Assembly (NCBI RefSeq): GCF_964355755.1
Contig: NC_092674.1
Location: 31,682,001-31,746,000, forward strand
Direction of reading: 5' to 3'
Source: Antedon mediterranea
Lineage: Eukaryota; Animalia; Echinodermata
Length of the DNA: 64,000 nt
A program made the position numbers and the translations under genes. The notes under the pieces were generated by a model. It searched no databases. It saw nothing but the letters and a program-made list of their open reading frames with translations, and was not told the origin of the DNA. Below, piece by piece: positions 35,477 to 48,900 of the stretch (positions within the stretch are counted from its first letter, which is position 1; each line of letters starts with the position of its first letter).

Positions 35477-36964
35477 TTAAGCCTAGTTGAAAGATTTGTC
35501 TGAAATAAAAAAAAACAGATGATGTGCTTTAGCGAGTGGTATTCAGTGATGGAAGGATGATATGTTTTAAACATACCAATGTTAATGTTATAATTCAAAT
35601 GTATCATGCGTACACATCTTGTTATACACATGTCCTCTCATAATTAAGTCAATATTTCCGGTAGTTTTTTTGCGGTATGTGACAATCGTCATCCATGGAT
35701 GGTTTTCTTGAATTATTAAAAATGACGGATTATAAATTTAATAATAGAAATATTTGTATAGAAATAAAAAAATGAAGGACAACTGTTTGTATTATTTAAA
35801 TTAAGAATGTATGAAGTGAGGTTTTGATTTGGTTTTTAGTTTTTTCTTAGCAACACATTGTAAATGGATTGGCATGTATTTTATGGTTTCCTGTTATTTT
35901 ATACCACTAAATGATATACATTGTATTGTTCGTAGGTGTGTGTTTATTATTGTAGTTATTGAGATTAATTAGGTCGGGTCACAGCCATGTTTAAAAAAAT
36001 CTAATATTCGTTAAGAAAGTAAACAATGTGATATCTATTAAATTCTTGAGTGTAATGATTATTCGAAATACACATACCTTGAATACGTATACTATACCTA
36101 TTATTATTAACCAAACACAACAATCTAAAATGGCTTACATAAGCATTATAAGCCTGTTATCGGTTCAATTTTACAGTAACATTAATTGAACACGTTGGTA
36201 ATACATAGTAGGCCTACTTTTTTCGACACGCCTTTCAAGGCCCATTGCCATCTCATATTATAACGAAACCATTATCGACTCATAATTACCGACAATAACA
36301 CTTAAGTACACGTTTGTTTGAGAGTACGGGAGGTTCGGTTGAGAACACTTGTCATCATGGTATTAAACTTATGAGTAGTCTTCATAACTCGTTGAAAGTA
36401 CGCAATCTGGATAAATGGTTTTTACATTATAGTCGTCCTGCTTCTATAAACATATATACTGAACATCTTTTGAGAGAAATAATTTGGTTAGGTTTTTTTT
36501 CTGGTAGGAGGCCTAACTCTCCCAGACAAAAGGACCCTATTCCCCCTTCCCCCGCTGGCGCCAACCTTGAGCTGATTTCATTCGAACTCAAATAAATGCT
36601 ATTATTTTAACCCTTTGTAATTTATAGCGTCCACTTAATATTAAAAGCTTCTGAACGTCACTGTGGTCAACAAGTATCTCAATGATGACCGCCCAGTTGG
36701 AGCATCTTTTTCTTGTTCATATTTTATATTTATGCATAAACTACTCCCGTACAAATAAAATGACTTTTCGAATTGGTGGTATGGATCCATATCTTGACAT
36801 ACAACACATTATTAGTAAAATATTATTAACAATAACATTATCTTTTTTTAAATAAAATCACTGAAGATTGTTTGTTTATTCAAGTTGGCAGATGGTGATC
36901 CGACAGATTTCTTAACGGATGTTGTTTTCTTTTAATCCTCTTTAAGTGAATAATCCTAACCAAC

Positions 36965-36972
36965 TATATATA
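36965..36972 (+). promoter_or_regulatory. Candidate TATA box of the cysteine-rich gene
   Basis: tatatata ~80 bp upstream of the ATG at 37050. Confidence 0.35.
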
Positions 36973-37049
36973 CCGCATACTCACAGCAAGCAAATCATAA
37001 GCAAACATTTATTTACACATGCAACAAGAGAACAATATTATATCTCGAA

Positions 37050-40000
37050 ATGAATCTTAAATTGGTAGTCATTGGCCTTTTGGTATGTGCCGCTTTAATT
37101 GAAGCTTCAGGAAGCAGCAGTGGTAAGAGGAAGCATGGTGGTGGGGGAAGTAACAGTGGTAGTAGCGGTAGCGGCAGTAGTGGTAGCGGCAGTAGCAGTA
37201 GTAGTAGTAGCAGCGGCAGTAAGAGCAGATGTGGTAGCGATAGTAGTAGTAGTAGTAGTAGTAGTAGTTCAGGACAAGATGGGTGTGACTCCAACTCATG
37301 TCTAGCTCTTGGAAAATGGGTGAGAATTATTTTATTTTAAGCACTCACAGTTACAGCCAGGAATGTTGAATTATAGCAAACCGACTTATTTTGGAAGTTT
37401 TTTGTATTAGCCTATTGCTCTTACTCTAATTTCATTTAATTCCTAATAATTTCTTTTCAATAACAAATACAAAAAATCTTCTATAATAACATCAAATATG
37501 AAAAACGGTACCTCACTGTAAGTAAAGCTTTAATTGTGGAGTCCAAGCAAAAGTAATTATAAGAAAGGTATACGAAGAACATAACACAAAATAAAATGCA
37601 CGAGGTCAGATGGATGTAGCAGAAGCAGTTCATTGTTGTAAAATACTTTAATCACAATTGTTGGATTACCATAACAGCAAAACAATATTGCTCATATTAA
37701 TGTTACGATCGACTAATAGTCGTCCCTTATCTTATAGTGCAAATCAGACCGATCATGCTGTAGTGGACTTTGTCGTAGTAACAAATGCAAGAGTAGGTGT
37801 GGCGGAAATAATGCAGTTGTAAGTAGAATTGATACACCATGATAGGCTACTTTCACAATCTTAGATTTATAAACGCTATTCGTGCCGCCACTGATTTATA
37901 ATCCGTTAAAAACCTAAGCTTAAACTAACATTTAGAATTCAATCAATTGTTTGATAAAAGTAGATAGAAATTCGTTTATCCCATGGTAAGTTCAAACCAA
38001 ATTTTAAAAATAAAAGGGAGGAAATAGGGATGTTGAATCCGGATCTGCCACTGTATAGATATCAAGTCTTCAATAGTTCTTTTGAGGAATTGTTCTTATA
38101 ATACTCTTCTTAATAATACTATTTTAAACATCAACAGTGTACAAAGGACACTGACTGCTGTAGCAGAGATTGTAGGAATGGAAGGTGTTTTGTGTGCAGG
38201 CAGCCATGGCAGTCGGTAAATATAGAATTATTGTATAACTCAATAAAGAAATTACAGGTATGTGTATGTATATTATTAACATAACATTTTCTCTGTGGTC
38301 TTTAGTGCCGATTTGACAGTGAATGCTGTGATGGAAACTGTAAAGACAACAAGTGTGTTCTTTGTAAAGAAGTTGGAAAATCCGTAAGTTACTATAGTTA
38401 GTGACAAAGACACATCCAAGTAAATGTGCATGAATTCAAAGTGTATATCTCGTTCACTATTTTCTGCTATGAAATATTCAAAAATAATTCAGAAATTGTC
38501 TTTCATCTTACAAACTGATTCTGATCTATTTTAAGTGTAACTCAAACAGCGATTGTTGTAACAATGACTGCAGAAATCGAAGATGTTTTGAATGTAAACC
38601 AGAATTTGCCTGGGTAAGTTTATTTCAAATGTTCACCAACAGTACAAAATATTTTGTTATAATTAAAAATAATTATAATGTTTTATTGCACAATCTGTAT
38701 AAGTTAGTTGTAACGATTTATAGAAAGATTGTTCGTGTTCATTTAAACTTAAGTTAGTTAGTGATGAGCTACTCGGTATGTCAGATTTTTTGGGAGTAGT
38801 CGTATAATGATATACTGATCTAAAATAATATAAATTAAAAATAAATAATTATCTGTACAGTGCAAATCGGACAGTCAATGTTGTAATGGACAATGTAAAG
38901 ACAACAAATGTTTCACATGCAAGCAATCAGGTGACTCTGTAAGTACTTCTAACTGCCGTTGTTCACATAATTATCGTCCAAAAACCTAGCCTATACAATT
39001 TACATTAATTTTCATTATAGAAGTTGTCACGGTATAAAATACTTTGATGTTACATATGGACTTAATTTTTAATATGTCGTTAAAAAAAATAGTAAACAAT
39101 ATAATTCCCCTGTAACTCCTTTGGTTTTGTATCTTGGCATGGTATGGAATAACATTTGATTATTATTCTTTAAACAAACGTTTTGCCGTTTTTGATATAA
39201 TTATATCTTTATACTCTCCATATTCAGCAAATTTATTCAAAGATCCATGTATAACCGAAGCATGTCAATATAATATATAATAAGCCTGTAATTAACTAAC
39301 TAGTTGTGTTTTATTAGTGTACTTCAAGCTCTGACTGTTGTGAAGGAAACTGCAACAATATAATAAGCCTGTAATTAACTAACTAGTTGTGTTTTATTAG
39401 TGTACTTCAAGCTCTGACTGTTGTGAAGGAAACTGCAACAATATAATAAGCCTGTAATTAACTAACTAGTTGTGTTTTATTAGTGTACTTAAAGCTCTGA
39501 CTGTTGTGAAGGAAACTGCAACAATATAATAAGCCTGTAATTAACTAACTAGTTGTGTTTTATTAGTGTACTTCAAGCTCTGACTGTTGTGAAGGAAACT
39601 GCAACAATATAATAAGCCTGTAATTAACTAACTAGTTGTGTTTTATTAGTGTACTTCAAGCTCTGACTGTTGTGAAGGAAACTGCAACAATATAATAAGC
39701 CTGTAATTAACTAACTAGTTGTGTTTTATTAGTGTACTTAAAGCTCTGACTGTTGTGAAGGAAACTGCAACAATATAATAAGCCTGTAATTAACTAACTA
39801 GTTGTGTTTTATTAGTGTACTTCAAGCTCTGACTGTTGTGAAGGAAACTGCAACAATATAATAAGCCTGTAATTAACTAACTAGTTGTGTTTTATTAGTG
39901 TACTTCAAGCTCTGACTGTTGTGAAGGAAACTGCAACAATATAATAAGCCTGTAATTAACTAACTAGTTGTGTTTTATTAGTGTACTTAAAGCTCTGACT

Positions 40001-43000
40001 GTTGTGAAGTAAACTGCAACAATATAATAAGCCTGTAATTAACTATCTAGTTGTGTTTTATTAGTGTACTTCAAGCTCTGACTGTTGTGAAGGAAACTGC
40101 AACAATATAATAAGCCTGTAATTAACTAACTAGTTGTGTTTTATTAGTGTACTTCAAGCTCTGACTGTTGTGAAGGAAACTGCAACAATATAATAAGCCT
40201 GTAATTAACTAACTAGTTGTGTTTTATTAGTGTACTTAAAGCTCTTACTGTTGTGAAGGAAACTGCAACAATATAATAAGCCTGTAATTAACTAACTAGT
40301 TGTGTTTTATTAGTGTACTTCAAGCTCTGACTGTTGTGAAGGAAACTGCAACAATATAATAAGCCTGTAATTAACTAACTAGTTGTGTTTTATTAGTGTA
40401 CTTAAAGCTCTGACTGTTGTGAAGGAAACTGCAACAATATAATAAGCCTGTAATTAACTAACTAGTTGTGTTTTATTAGTGTACTTAAAGCTCTGACTGT
40501 TGTGAAGTAAACTGCAACAATATAATAAGCCTGTAATTAACTATCTAGTTGTGTTTTATTAGTGTACTTCAAGCTCTGACTGTTGTGAAGGAAACTGCAA
40601 CAATATAATAAGCCTGTAATTAACTAACTAGTTGTGTTTTATTAGTGTACTTCAAGCTCTGACTGTTGTGAAGGAAACTGCAACAATATAATAAGCCTGT
40701 AATTAACTAACTAGTTGTGTTTTATTAGTGTACTTAAAGCTCTGACTGTTGTGAAGGAAACTGCAACAATATAATAAGCCTGTAATTAACTATCTAGTTG
40801 TGTTTTATTAGTGTACTTCAAGCTCTGACTGTTGTGAAGGAAACTGCAACAATATAATAAGCCTGTAATTAACTAACTAGTTGTGTTTTATTAGTGTACT
40901 TCAAGCTCTGACTGTTGTGAAGGAAACTGCAACAATATAATAAGCCTGTAATTAACTAACTAGTTGTGTTTTATTAGTGTACTTAAAGCTCTTACTGTTG
41001 TGAAGGAAACTGCAACAATATAATAAGCCTGTAATTAACTAACTAGTTGTGTTTTATTAGTGTACTTCAAGCTCTGACTGTTGTGAAGGAAACTGCAACA
41101 ATATAATAAGCCTGTAATTAACTAACTAGTTGTGTTTTATTAGTGTACTTAAAGCTCTGACTGTTGTGAAGGAAACTGCAACAATATAATAAGCCTGTAA
41201 TTAACTAACTAGTTGTGTTTTATTAGTGTACTTAAAGCTCTGACTGTTGTGAAGTAAACTGCAACAATATAATAAGCCTGTAATTAACTATCTAGTTGTG
41301 TTTTATTAGTGTACTTCAAGCTCTGACTGTTGTGAAGGAAACTGCAACAATATAATAAGCCTGTAATTAACTAACTAGTTGTGTTTTATTAGTGTACTTC
41401 AAGCTCTGACTGTTGTGAAGGAAACTGCAACAATATAATAAGCCTGTAATTAACTAACTAGTTGTGTTTTATTAGTGTACTTAAAGCTCTTACTGTTGTG
41501 AAGGAAACTGCAACAATATAATAAGCCTGTAATTAACTAACTAGTTGTGTTTTATTAGTGTACTTCAAGCTCTGACTGTTGTGAAGGAAACTGCAACAAT
41601 ATAATAAGCCTGTAATTAACTAACTAGTTGTGTTTTATTAGTGTACTTAAAGCTCTGACTGTTGTGAAGGAAACTGCAACAATATAATAAGCCTGTAATT
41701 AACTAACTAGTTGTGTTTTATTAGTGTACTTCAAGCTCTGACTGTTGTGAAGGAAACTGCAACAATATAATAAGCCTGTAATTAACTAACTAGTTGTGTT
41801 TTATTAGTGTACTTCAAGCTCTGACTGTTGTGAAGGAAACTGCAACAATATAATAAGCCTGTAATTAACTAACTAGTTGTGTTTTATTAGTGTACTTAAA
41901 GCTCTGACTGTTGTGAAGGAAACTGCAACAATATAATAAGCCTGTAATTAACTAACTAGTTGTGTTTTATTAGTGTACTTCAAGCTCTGACTGTTGTGAA
42001 GGAAACTGCAACAATATAATAAGCCTGTAATTAACTAACTAGTTGTGTTTTATTAGTGTACTTAAAGCTCTGACTGTTGTGAAGGAAACTGCAACAATAT
42101 AATAAGCCTGTAATTAACTAACTAGTTGTGTTTTATTAGTGTACTTCAAGCTCTGACTGTTGTGAAGGAAACTGCAACAACCGTAAATGTACAACCTGTA
42201 AACCAGACGGATATCGTGTAAGTATAATTAATATTCATAGATTTATTTTAAATTAATTTTCAACAAGCTTTAGAAAATTGTTTTTATTTTCTCGTTTTTG
42301 TTTATCCTAGTGCTATCGGCCTGATGACTGTTGTTCAAAGCAATGCAAAGACATCGGATACGGCTACCCACAATGCCTCACGTGTAAAGGCTTTGGTTCT
42401 CAGGTAGGCAACGGACACTACTACAACTGTTAGACTTCTTCACACTATAGACATGGAGCACAACTTAATTAAACTATAATAATAATAATATGGATTATAC
42501 TCATTCTACACGGGAAAATAAAGTCACGGAAGAACGAAATGTCTTGCAATGTTTTTGTTTATTGGTTGCGGTTCATCAATAATTTAGATAAAAACACACA
42601 TACTGCCTACAATATTCAATTCACATGGTGAAGGTTAGACGGAACTACTGTATAAAGTGGGAATACAAAATGCACGTACTCGTATATAACATAAAGCACG
42701 CATTATTATTTGAGAGTAAATTTGGTGATGTCAAAGTTATTTTCACATTGTGTTATAGTCATGGCACAATGCCCCTTACCAATAATCTTACTGTCACACA
42801 TCAGTATTCATAATGCCACCCTCCTCGTCGATAATTTCACTATTTTATCTTCCATAATGTAACCAAACACAATATATTCTAAACGTTAAATGGTGATGAT
42901 TATGGTGGTGGGGGTATTGGTGGTGATAACTGGTAACGGTTGTGGCTATTGTAATAGAAATTTGTAAAATATTACTTTTTGGAAACGGGATATATATATT

Positions 43001-46000
43001 TTCTTTCTTAGAACTGTATGATTAAATAAATTATAAATACACAGCACAGACGAAAACTTTACCTTTCCTTTGTCTCACCTTTCCTTTGTCTAAGTATCGT
43101 AACTGAGCAAATTTATTATTATCCGATTATTATTATTATTATTATGATCATAATTGTTGCTGTTGTCATGTCATTGTTGTTACAATTTAATAATTCAATG
43201 TAACCGCGCGTTCCACTAAGGATGATGAGGTAATATTATTGCTATAGGTCATGGTAAAAAGAAACTACACATGCAAATTATCTTTAAAGAGATGTTATTG
43301 ACACTATATAGTCGAGATATTGAGAAGGAACGGTCTGGGACACGTATATAAATTCGACAAGGTGCATGTCCCGCGATGAACAGAATTGTATAGACAAAGT
43401 GACTCACATTTGTATTGTTTGCTTCTCTACGGTTTAGTTAGAATACTTTATTATTACGAGAGGAGGTGGGAAAAGAATGTGTTTATTGTGAAACCGATTT
43501 GGTTATTTTCTGAATCAATGTTTTGTATGACAGTGCAAGTGGGACCAGCAGTGTTGTTCAGAGCGATGTCGGCAACTCGGAACCGATGAAGAGAAAACGT
43601 GTGTAACATGTAAAGACATAGAGGAAGAGGTAGGGGAATTTCGATCAACATGTTTTAATCTTAAATAAATAAGATAATTACAATAAAGTAAATCATAATT
43701 TGTGGCATCGCCTTAAAAGATCATTCCGGCGCGTTTGTATCATTCAGAAACCGTTTATAAAAACCACGAACGCGTTTTCTTACAGTGTAATACAGCGGCT
43801 GACTGTTGTGAACAGAGTTGCATCAATAACAAATGTTCGTCTTGTTTTGATACTGATAAACAGGTAACTATACTTTAACAATCGTTATAATGTAAAAAAA
43901 AAACCAGGAATAGTATCAGAAAATGTTGCATTTTAGATTCACTGTGGACAAATCTAGTTATAGGCCTAATACTATACGACATTGGTCAAAATGATTGTGT
44001 ATTATGGTGCTTATGAACTAACTATATAACTTAAATAATATGTTATATAGTGTACTGCAGACTCTCAATGTTGTTCTGGAAGATGTCGTGTACTTGGTCA
44101 AAATGACTTGAGACAGTGTGTGATTTGCAAGGATCTGAACGAGAAGGTAGGTTGCTTTATCACTACAGGGAGCAGCGGTTTCGTTGACATACAATGATTC
44201 CTCTTAAATACTTGGAAAGTTGTACCAGAAACAAATATTAGGCCAAGAGTTGCAAAAGAAGGTTTATTTAAAAGAATAAGTCTACTCCAACCGACCTTTA
44301 TGTTTATTATGATCCCAGCATGCAAAGTTAGAATAATATCCTGTATTTATAAAGCAATTGGTAAGATTTAACATTATGTTTAATGACGTGCACACCTAGT
44401 ACTTTGACAATTTTGTTCATATTTTTTAAATAATTACACTTATATATTTTTTATTAATCAATGTAGTGTAATAAAGATCAAGATTGTTGTTATGGACAAT
44501 GCCTTGGTGGAAAATGTAACGTATGTAAAGAGGATGGTGTTCAAGTAAGTATACTGTGATTAAGATTGTTCCAAGAAACGCTTTATAGGCAATTATAGAA
44601 ATTCCAAAACTATCAACATGCACTATACTCTGAAATTGTGTTTTTAGTGCAAAGAAGACGTGGACTGCTGTTCTAATCAGTGTCGCTACAGCCCAGCAGT
44701 AGGGCATGGACTCTGCGTCAACTGTAACGATAGATTTGATTCAGTAAGTCACCGTTTTTATTCTTGTTTCTAGGACGGTTAATTACTAGTTACAGTTTTT
44801 ATGAATACTAACAAAATGTGTAGTTAGGTCAGAAAAACTTTTTAAAAACCAAAAATTAAATTTATAATTCTATTCAGTGTGAACAAACATCTGACTGTTG
44901 CCCTGGCAACGAGTGTATCAGTGGATTCTGCTTAAAACCAGTGAAACCGTGTGCCGGACAACTTGAAAGGGTAAAATATATAGGCCTACATACTATAATT
45001 ATGTTTTGTTTAGGATATCTACAATATTGTGTTACTTATAGCCGCATCTCCTCTAGCAGCTTGTAAAGCGGCTCCATTGATCCATTTATTCATCATTTTG
45101 ACATTTTTGTTTAACGATTTGCAGTGCCAGACAGACAAGGATTGCTGTGTTGGACAGTGCTCTAGTAATCAATGCAGATCTTGCAGAGGTGATCTCAATC
45201 TTGTAAGCATTGGTTTTAATACAATTATAGAAAAACCAAAACACCAATTAGCAACTATATGCATTACTTCTACTCCCCAAAACAAGCAAACAAGTGCGGG
45301 TACCTAAACTAACTTGTTTGAGGTTGAGTTAATGTATTGAGTTTTTGTTAACTTTGCTTCTAAATTTGTTTTTTTTTCAGTGCACTGACAACTCGGATTG
45401 CTGTTCTGGGAAATGTCAGGATGTTGGATCCGGATTTAAAACGTGTAATTCTTGTTTGGAAAAGGCTGAACAGGTAGGTTCGTTACTTGAACACAATACG
45501 TATAACTTATAGGCTGTTTTATTACATTGTTTTAATACAGTAAACCAGTTCATGATTCCTGTCTGCACTTATCATCAAATAATTATAATAGCTGTGACTC
45601 TTGCTTTTGTCCTATTAATAATTAGGATTAACAGACTAATTATAATCTCCTATAGTGCTCTGAGGATTCTGAATGCTGTTCAAATGAGTGCCGTAATGTT
45701 AAAGGCAAATTACAATGTGTTATTTGCTCATTGCCGAGCGATTTGGTAAGCGCTAATGTTACGCGGGCTATACCAGATCTACTAACACGGGTTTTGCACG
45801 GATTGCTGTTGTGACTGATATTTGTCATTTGTTGTTTCTATTGGTTTCTAGCTGCATGGCCGGTTTAGTGCTGCCTTTTCCTTTGTACAACTGTTGATAT
45901 AAAGTTTCACTATACTATATCGAAACATATTGATCGAAACGTCGAGAAACTCAATATCGTTCTTTTCAGATATTTTACGTGGTGTACCACAAACTTTATA

Positions 46001-47681
46001 TCAACATATTGATTTCGCCAAACATATACTATACAGTTACTCTACTATACAATTCTGCAGGAATAGGCCTACAGAACACCGTACTCATAGCAGCCACATT
46101 GATGGATTAACTCCCAAAGAATATTGTTCTACAATGTCATAGATTTAGAGGCAATTTAGAGGTTCAACTCCTTAAATCGCATGCTCTTGCTTAGTTATGT
46201 TTTGGCTTTTTACACGCTAGAATAGTACGGACGGTGCATTAATAGGCCTATAGTTAGAATAGTACGGATGTTGCATTAATAGGCCTATGCTTTTTACACG
46301 CTAGAATAGTACGGACGGTGCGCAATAATAATAGTTAATGTAATTTGCGCTAGAATAGTACGGACGGTGCAATAATATAGTTAATGTAATTTGCGCTAGA
46401 ATATTACGGACGGTGCAATAATATAGTTAATGTAATTTGCGCTAGAATATTACGGACGGTGCAATAATATTATAGTTAATGTAATTTGCGCTAGAATAGT
46501 ACGGACGGTGCAATAATATAGTTAATGTAATTTGCGCTAGAATATTACGGACGGTGCAATAATATAGTTAATGTAATTAGCGCTAGAATATTACGGACGG
46601 TGCAATAATATAGTTAATGTAATTAGCGCTAGAATAGTACGGACGGTGCAATAATATAGTTAATGTAATTTGCGCTAGAATATTACGGACGGTGCAATAA
46701 TATAGTTAATGTAATTAGCGCTAGAATAGTAGGCCTACGGACGGTGCAATAATATAGTTAATGTAATTTGCGCTAGAATAGTACGGACGGTGCAATAATA
46801 TAGTTAATGTAATTAGCGCTAGAATAGTACGGACGGTGCAATAATATAGTTAATGTAATTTGCGCTAGAATAGTACGGACGGTGCAATAATATAGTTAAT
46901 GTAATTTGCGCTAGAATATTACGGACGGTGCAATAATATAGTTAATGTAATTGGCGCTAGAATAGTACGGACAGTGCAATAATATAGTTAATGTAATTTG
47001 CGCTAGAATAGTACGGACGGTGCAATAATATAGTTAATGTAATTTGCGCTAGAATAGTACGGACGGTGCAATAATATAGTTAATGTAATTTGCGCTATGA
47101 TTACACGCTAGAATAGGACGGTGCAATAATATAGTTAATGTAATTAGCGCTAGAATATTACGGACGGTGCAATAATATAGTTAATGTAGCCTAATTTGCG
47201 CTAGAATATTACGGACGTTGCAATAATATAGTTAATGTAATTTGCGCTAGAATAGTACGGACGGTGCAATAATATAGTTAATGTAATTAGTGCTAGAATA
47301 GTACAGACGGTGCAATAATATAGTTAATGTAATTTGCGCTATGATTATTAATAATATGATTATTTCAGTGTACTCAAGCGAGTGACTGTTGCACGGATAT
47401 ATGTCGACCATGGTTTGTTGGAGGTGATAACCGATGTGGTTGTAATTCTGTAGGCGAAGGGGTGAGTAGGCCTAATAATAATATTGTTGTTTTACCTTTA
47501 ATCCGTATTATTGACTTCATTTATATATGGAGGTAATTCACACTCGCACACTTTTTTTTCTCAGTGCAAAACTGATAACAACTGCTGTTCCGGAATATGT
47601 AATCAAACATACAACCAATGCCAAGCGGTCGGTAGCTACTTTGCTGTGATTCAACCAAAACCTACTGATGCGGGATACTAA
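37050..47681 (+). CDS. Secreted ~613-aa protein: signal peptide, Ser/Gly-rich segment, then 18 tandem knottin-like C-x6-C-x5-CC-x3/4-C-x4..10-C modules
   Basis: 19 exons with all introns GT-AG and phase 0: 37050-37319, 37738-37818, 38138-38215, 38306-38383, 38536-38613, 38861-38938, 42140-42217, 42311-42403, 43534-43629, 43786-43863, 44051-44146, 44467-44544, 44648-44743, 44878-44970, 45125-45202, 45381-45473, 45656-45745, 47369-47461, 47565-47681 (TAA). Exons 2-19 all begin ag|TGY. AATAAA at 47826. Confidence 0.9.
39276..42180 (+). repeat. 83-bp tandem array (35 copies) spanning the acceptor of exon 7 of the cysteine-rich gene
   Basis: Unit = 42 bp intron tataataagcctgtaattaactaactagttgtgttttattag + 41 bp exon tgtactt(c/a)aagctctgactgttgtgaaggaaactgcaacaa. 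First exon-like start 39318, last 42140 (34 x 83 bp apart). Confidence 0.97.
46215..47342. repeat. 46-bp minisatellite (~22-24 copies) in intron 17 of the cysteine-rich gene
   Basis: Unit gctagaata(g/t)tacggacggtgcaataatatagttaatgtaatt(t/a)gc; ends ~25 bp before the acceptor at 47368. Confidence 0.95.
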
Positions 47682-47859
47682 GCACAATTAACCTATTTTG
47701 GACAAGGCGTCCTATTGGTGCGGGATACGAAAGCACAGTTAACAGGCGTCGCAGGCGATAGTTTACCTTTATTAAACAATAACATTATGCTAATTTTTAA
47801 ACAAGTCGAAATATATTATATCTTAAATAAATCGACCTTTATATGAAATACTTTAAAAG

Positions 47860-48900
47860 ACTATCATATTTTTTCAGAAGATACAATGCTGTTATCCAGG
47901 TATTGCATCCAGGAGGTACGGACAGTGTTTCGTGCGCATAACACATTATGTGATTTTACACATGCAAATTTTTTTTCGCAAAATGGTAAAAAAACGACTT
48001 TTAAAATATTGAGGTAACATGCGCAAACCACATTATTTGATTTCGCACATGCCAATTTTTCAGAAACATAAAAGGTCCAAACTTGACCGTTTTCGACAAA
48101 TTTCCCTGTACTATAATAGTACGGAGTTTTTTTTCAAAAAATTACCAAAATATCGACTTTGTGTGAAATATGTTGAGGTAACATGCGCAGAATAAATTTC
48201 GTGATTCTGCGCATGTCAATTACTTCAGCAAAAACATCAACATTTTTAACATGCGTAGATCATATCGGTAAACCAGTTATGTCAAAAAATAAGGGTCAAA
48301 CACATTATGTGATTCTGCGCGTGACAATTTGACAGAGATTTTTTCAAAAAGTTACGAAATATCAATTATTTCAGCAATTTTAAATTTTCCCTGTACTAGA
48401 GATTGTTTTAAAAAATTAATAAAATATCGATCTTGTAAAATATAATTATTTCAGCAATTTTTCGAGATTTTTTTCGAAAAATGGCCAAAATATCAAGTTT
48501 TTAAAATTCAATTATTATGCGATAATATTAGTGTATATGATCATATATTGCGATATCATATTATAGTGCTCTAGAAATCATTTTTTTTTTTCGGGAAAAA
48601 TAGTCGAATATTGGCTATTTTTTCGAAAAATGGCCAAAATATCAAGTTTTTAAAATTCAATTATTATGCGATAATATTGCTGTATATGATCATATATTGC
48701 GATATCATATTATAGTGCTCTAGAAATCATTTTTTTTAAAAAAAAATCCCTCTACAGGGATATTTGATCATATATACCGATATCCTCATATAGAAACCAG
48801 TTATGTCGAAAAATCCCTGTAACAAATTACGTGATTCTGCGCATGTCAATTATTTCAGTCATTTATCGAAAATTTCCTTGTACTATAGTACATGGACAAT
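47860..48900. repeat. Degenerate internally repetitive element
   Basis: Recurrent motifs gtgattctgcgcatgtcaatt, gaggtaacatgcgca and aaaccagttatgtc, and a duplicated ~120-bp block at ~48468 and ~48617. Confidence 0.6.

Noticed and set aside
37013-37305. Overlapping poly-Leu, poly-Tyr and poly-Val ORFs
   Set aside because: Alternative frames of the (AGT/AGC)n Ser-rich exon; only the frame from 37050 has a signal peptide and splices in phase.
39318-42139. Reading each 83-bp unit as an extra knottin exon
   Set aside because: Units hold only four Cys, end in a stop, would give 53-nt frameshifting exons and leave 30-nt introns.
39276-42180. CRISPR-like regular array
   Set aside because: Units are contiguous near-identical repeats with no unique spacers, the context is eukaryotic and there are no cas genes. 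The same holds for the 46-, 53- and 57-bp arrays.
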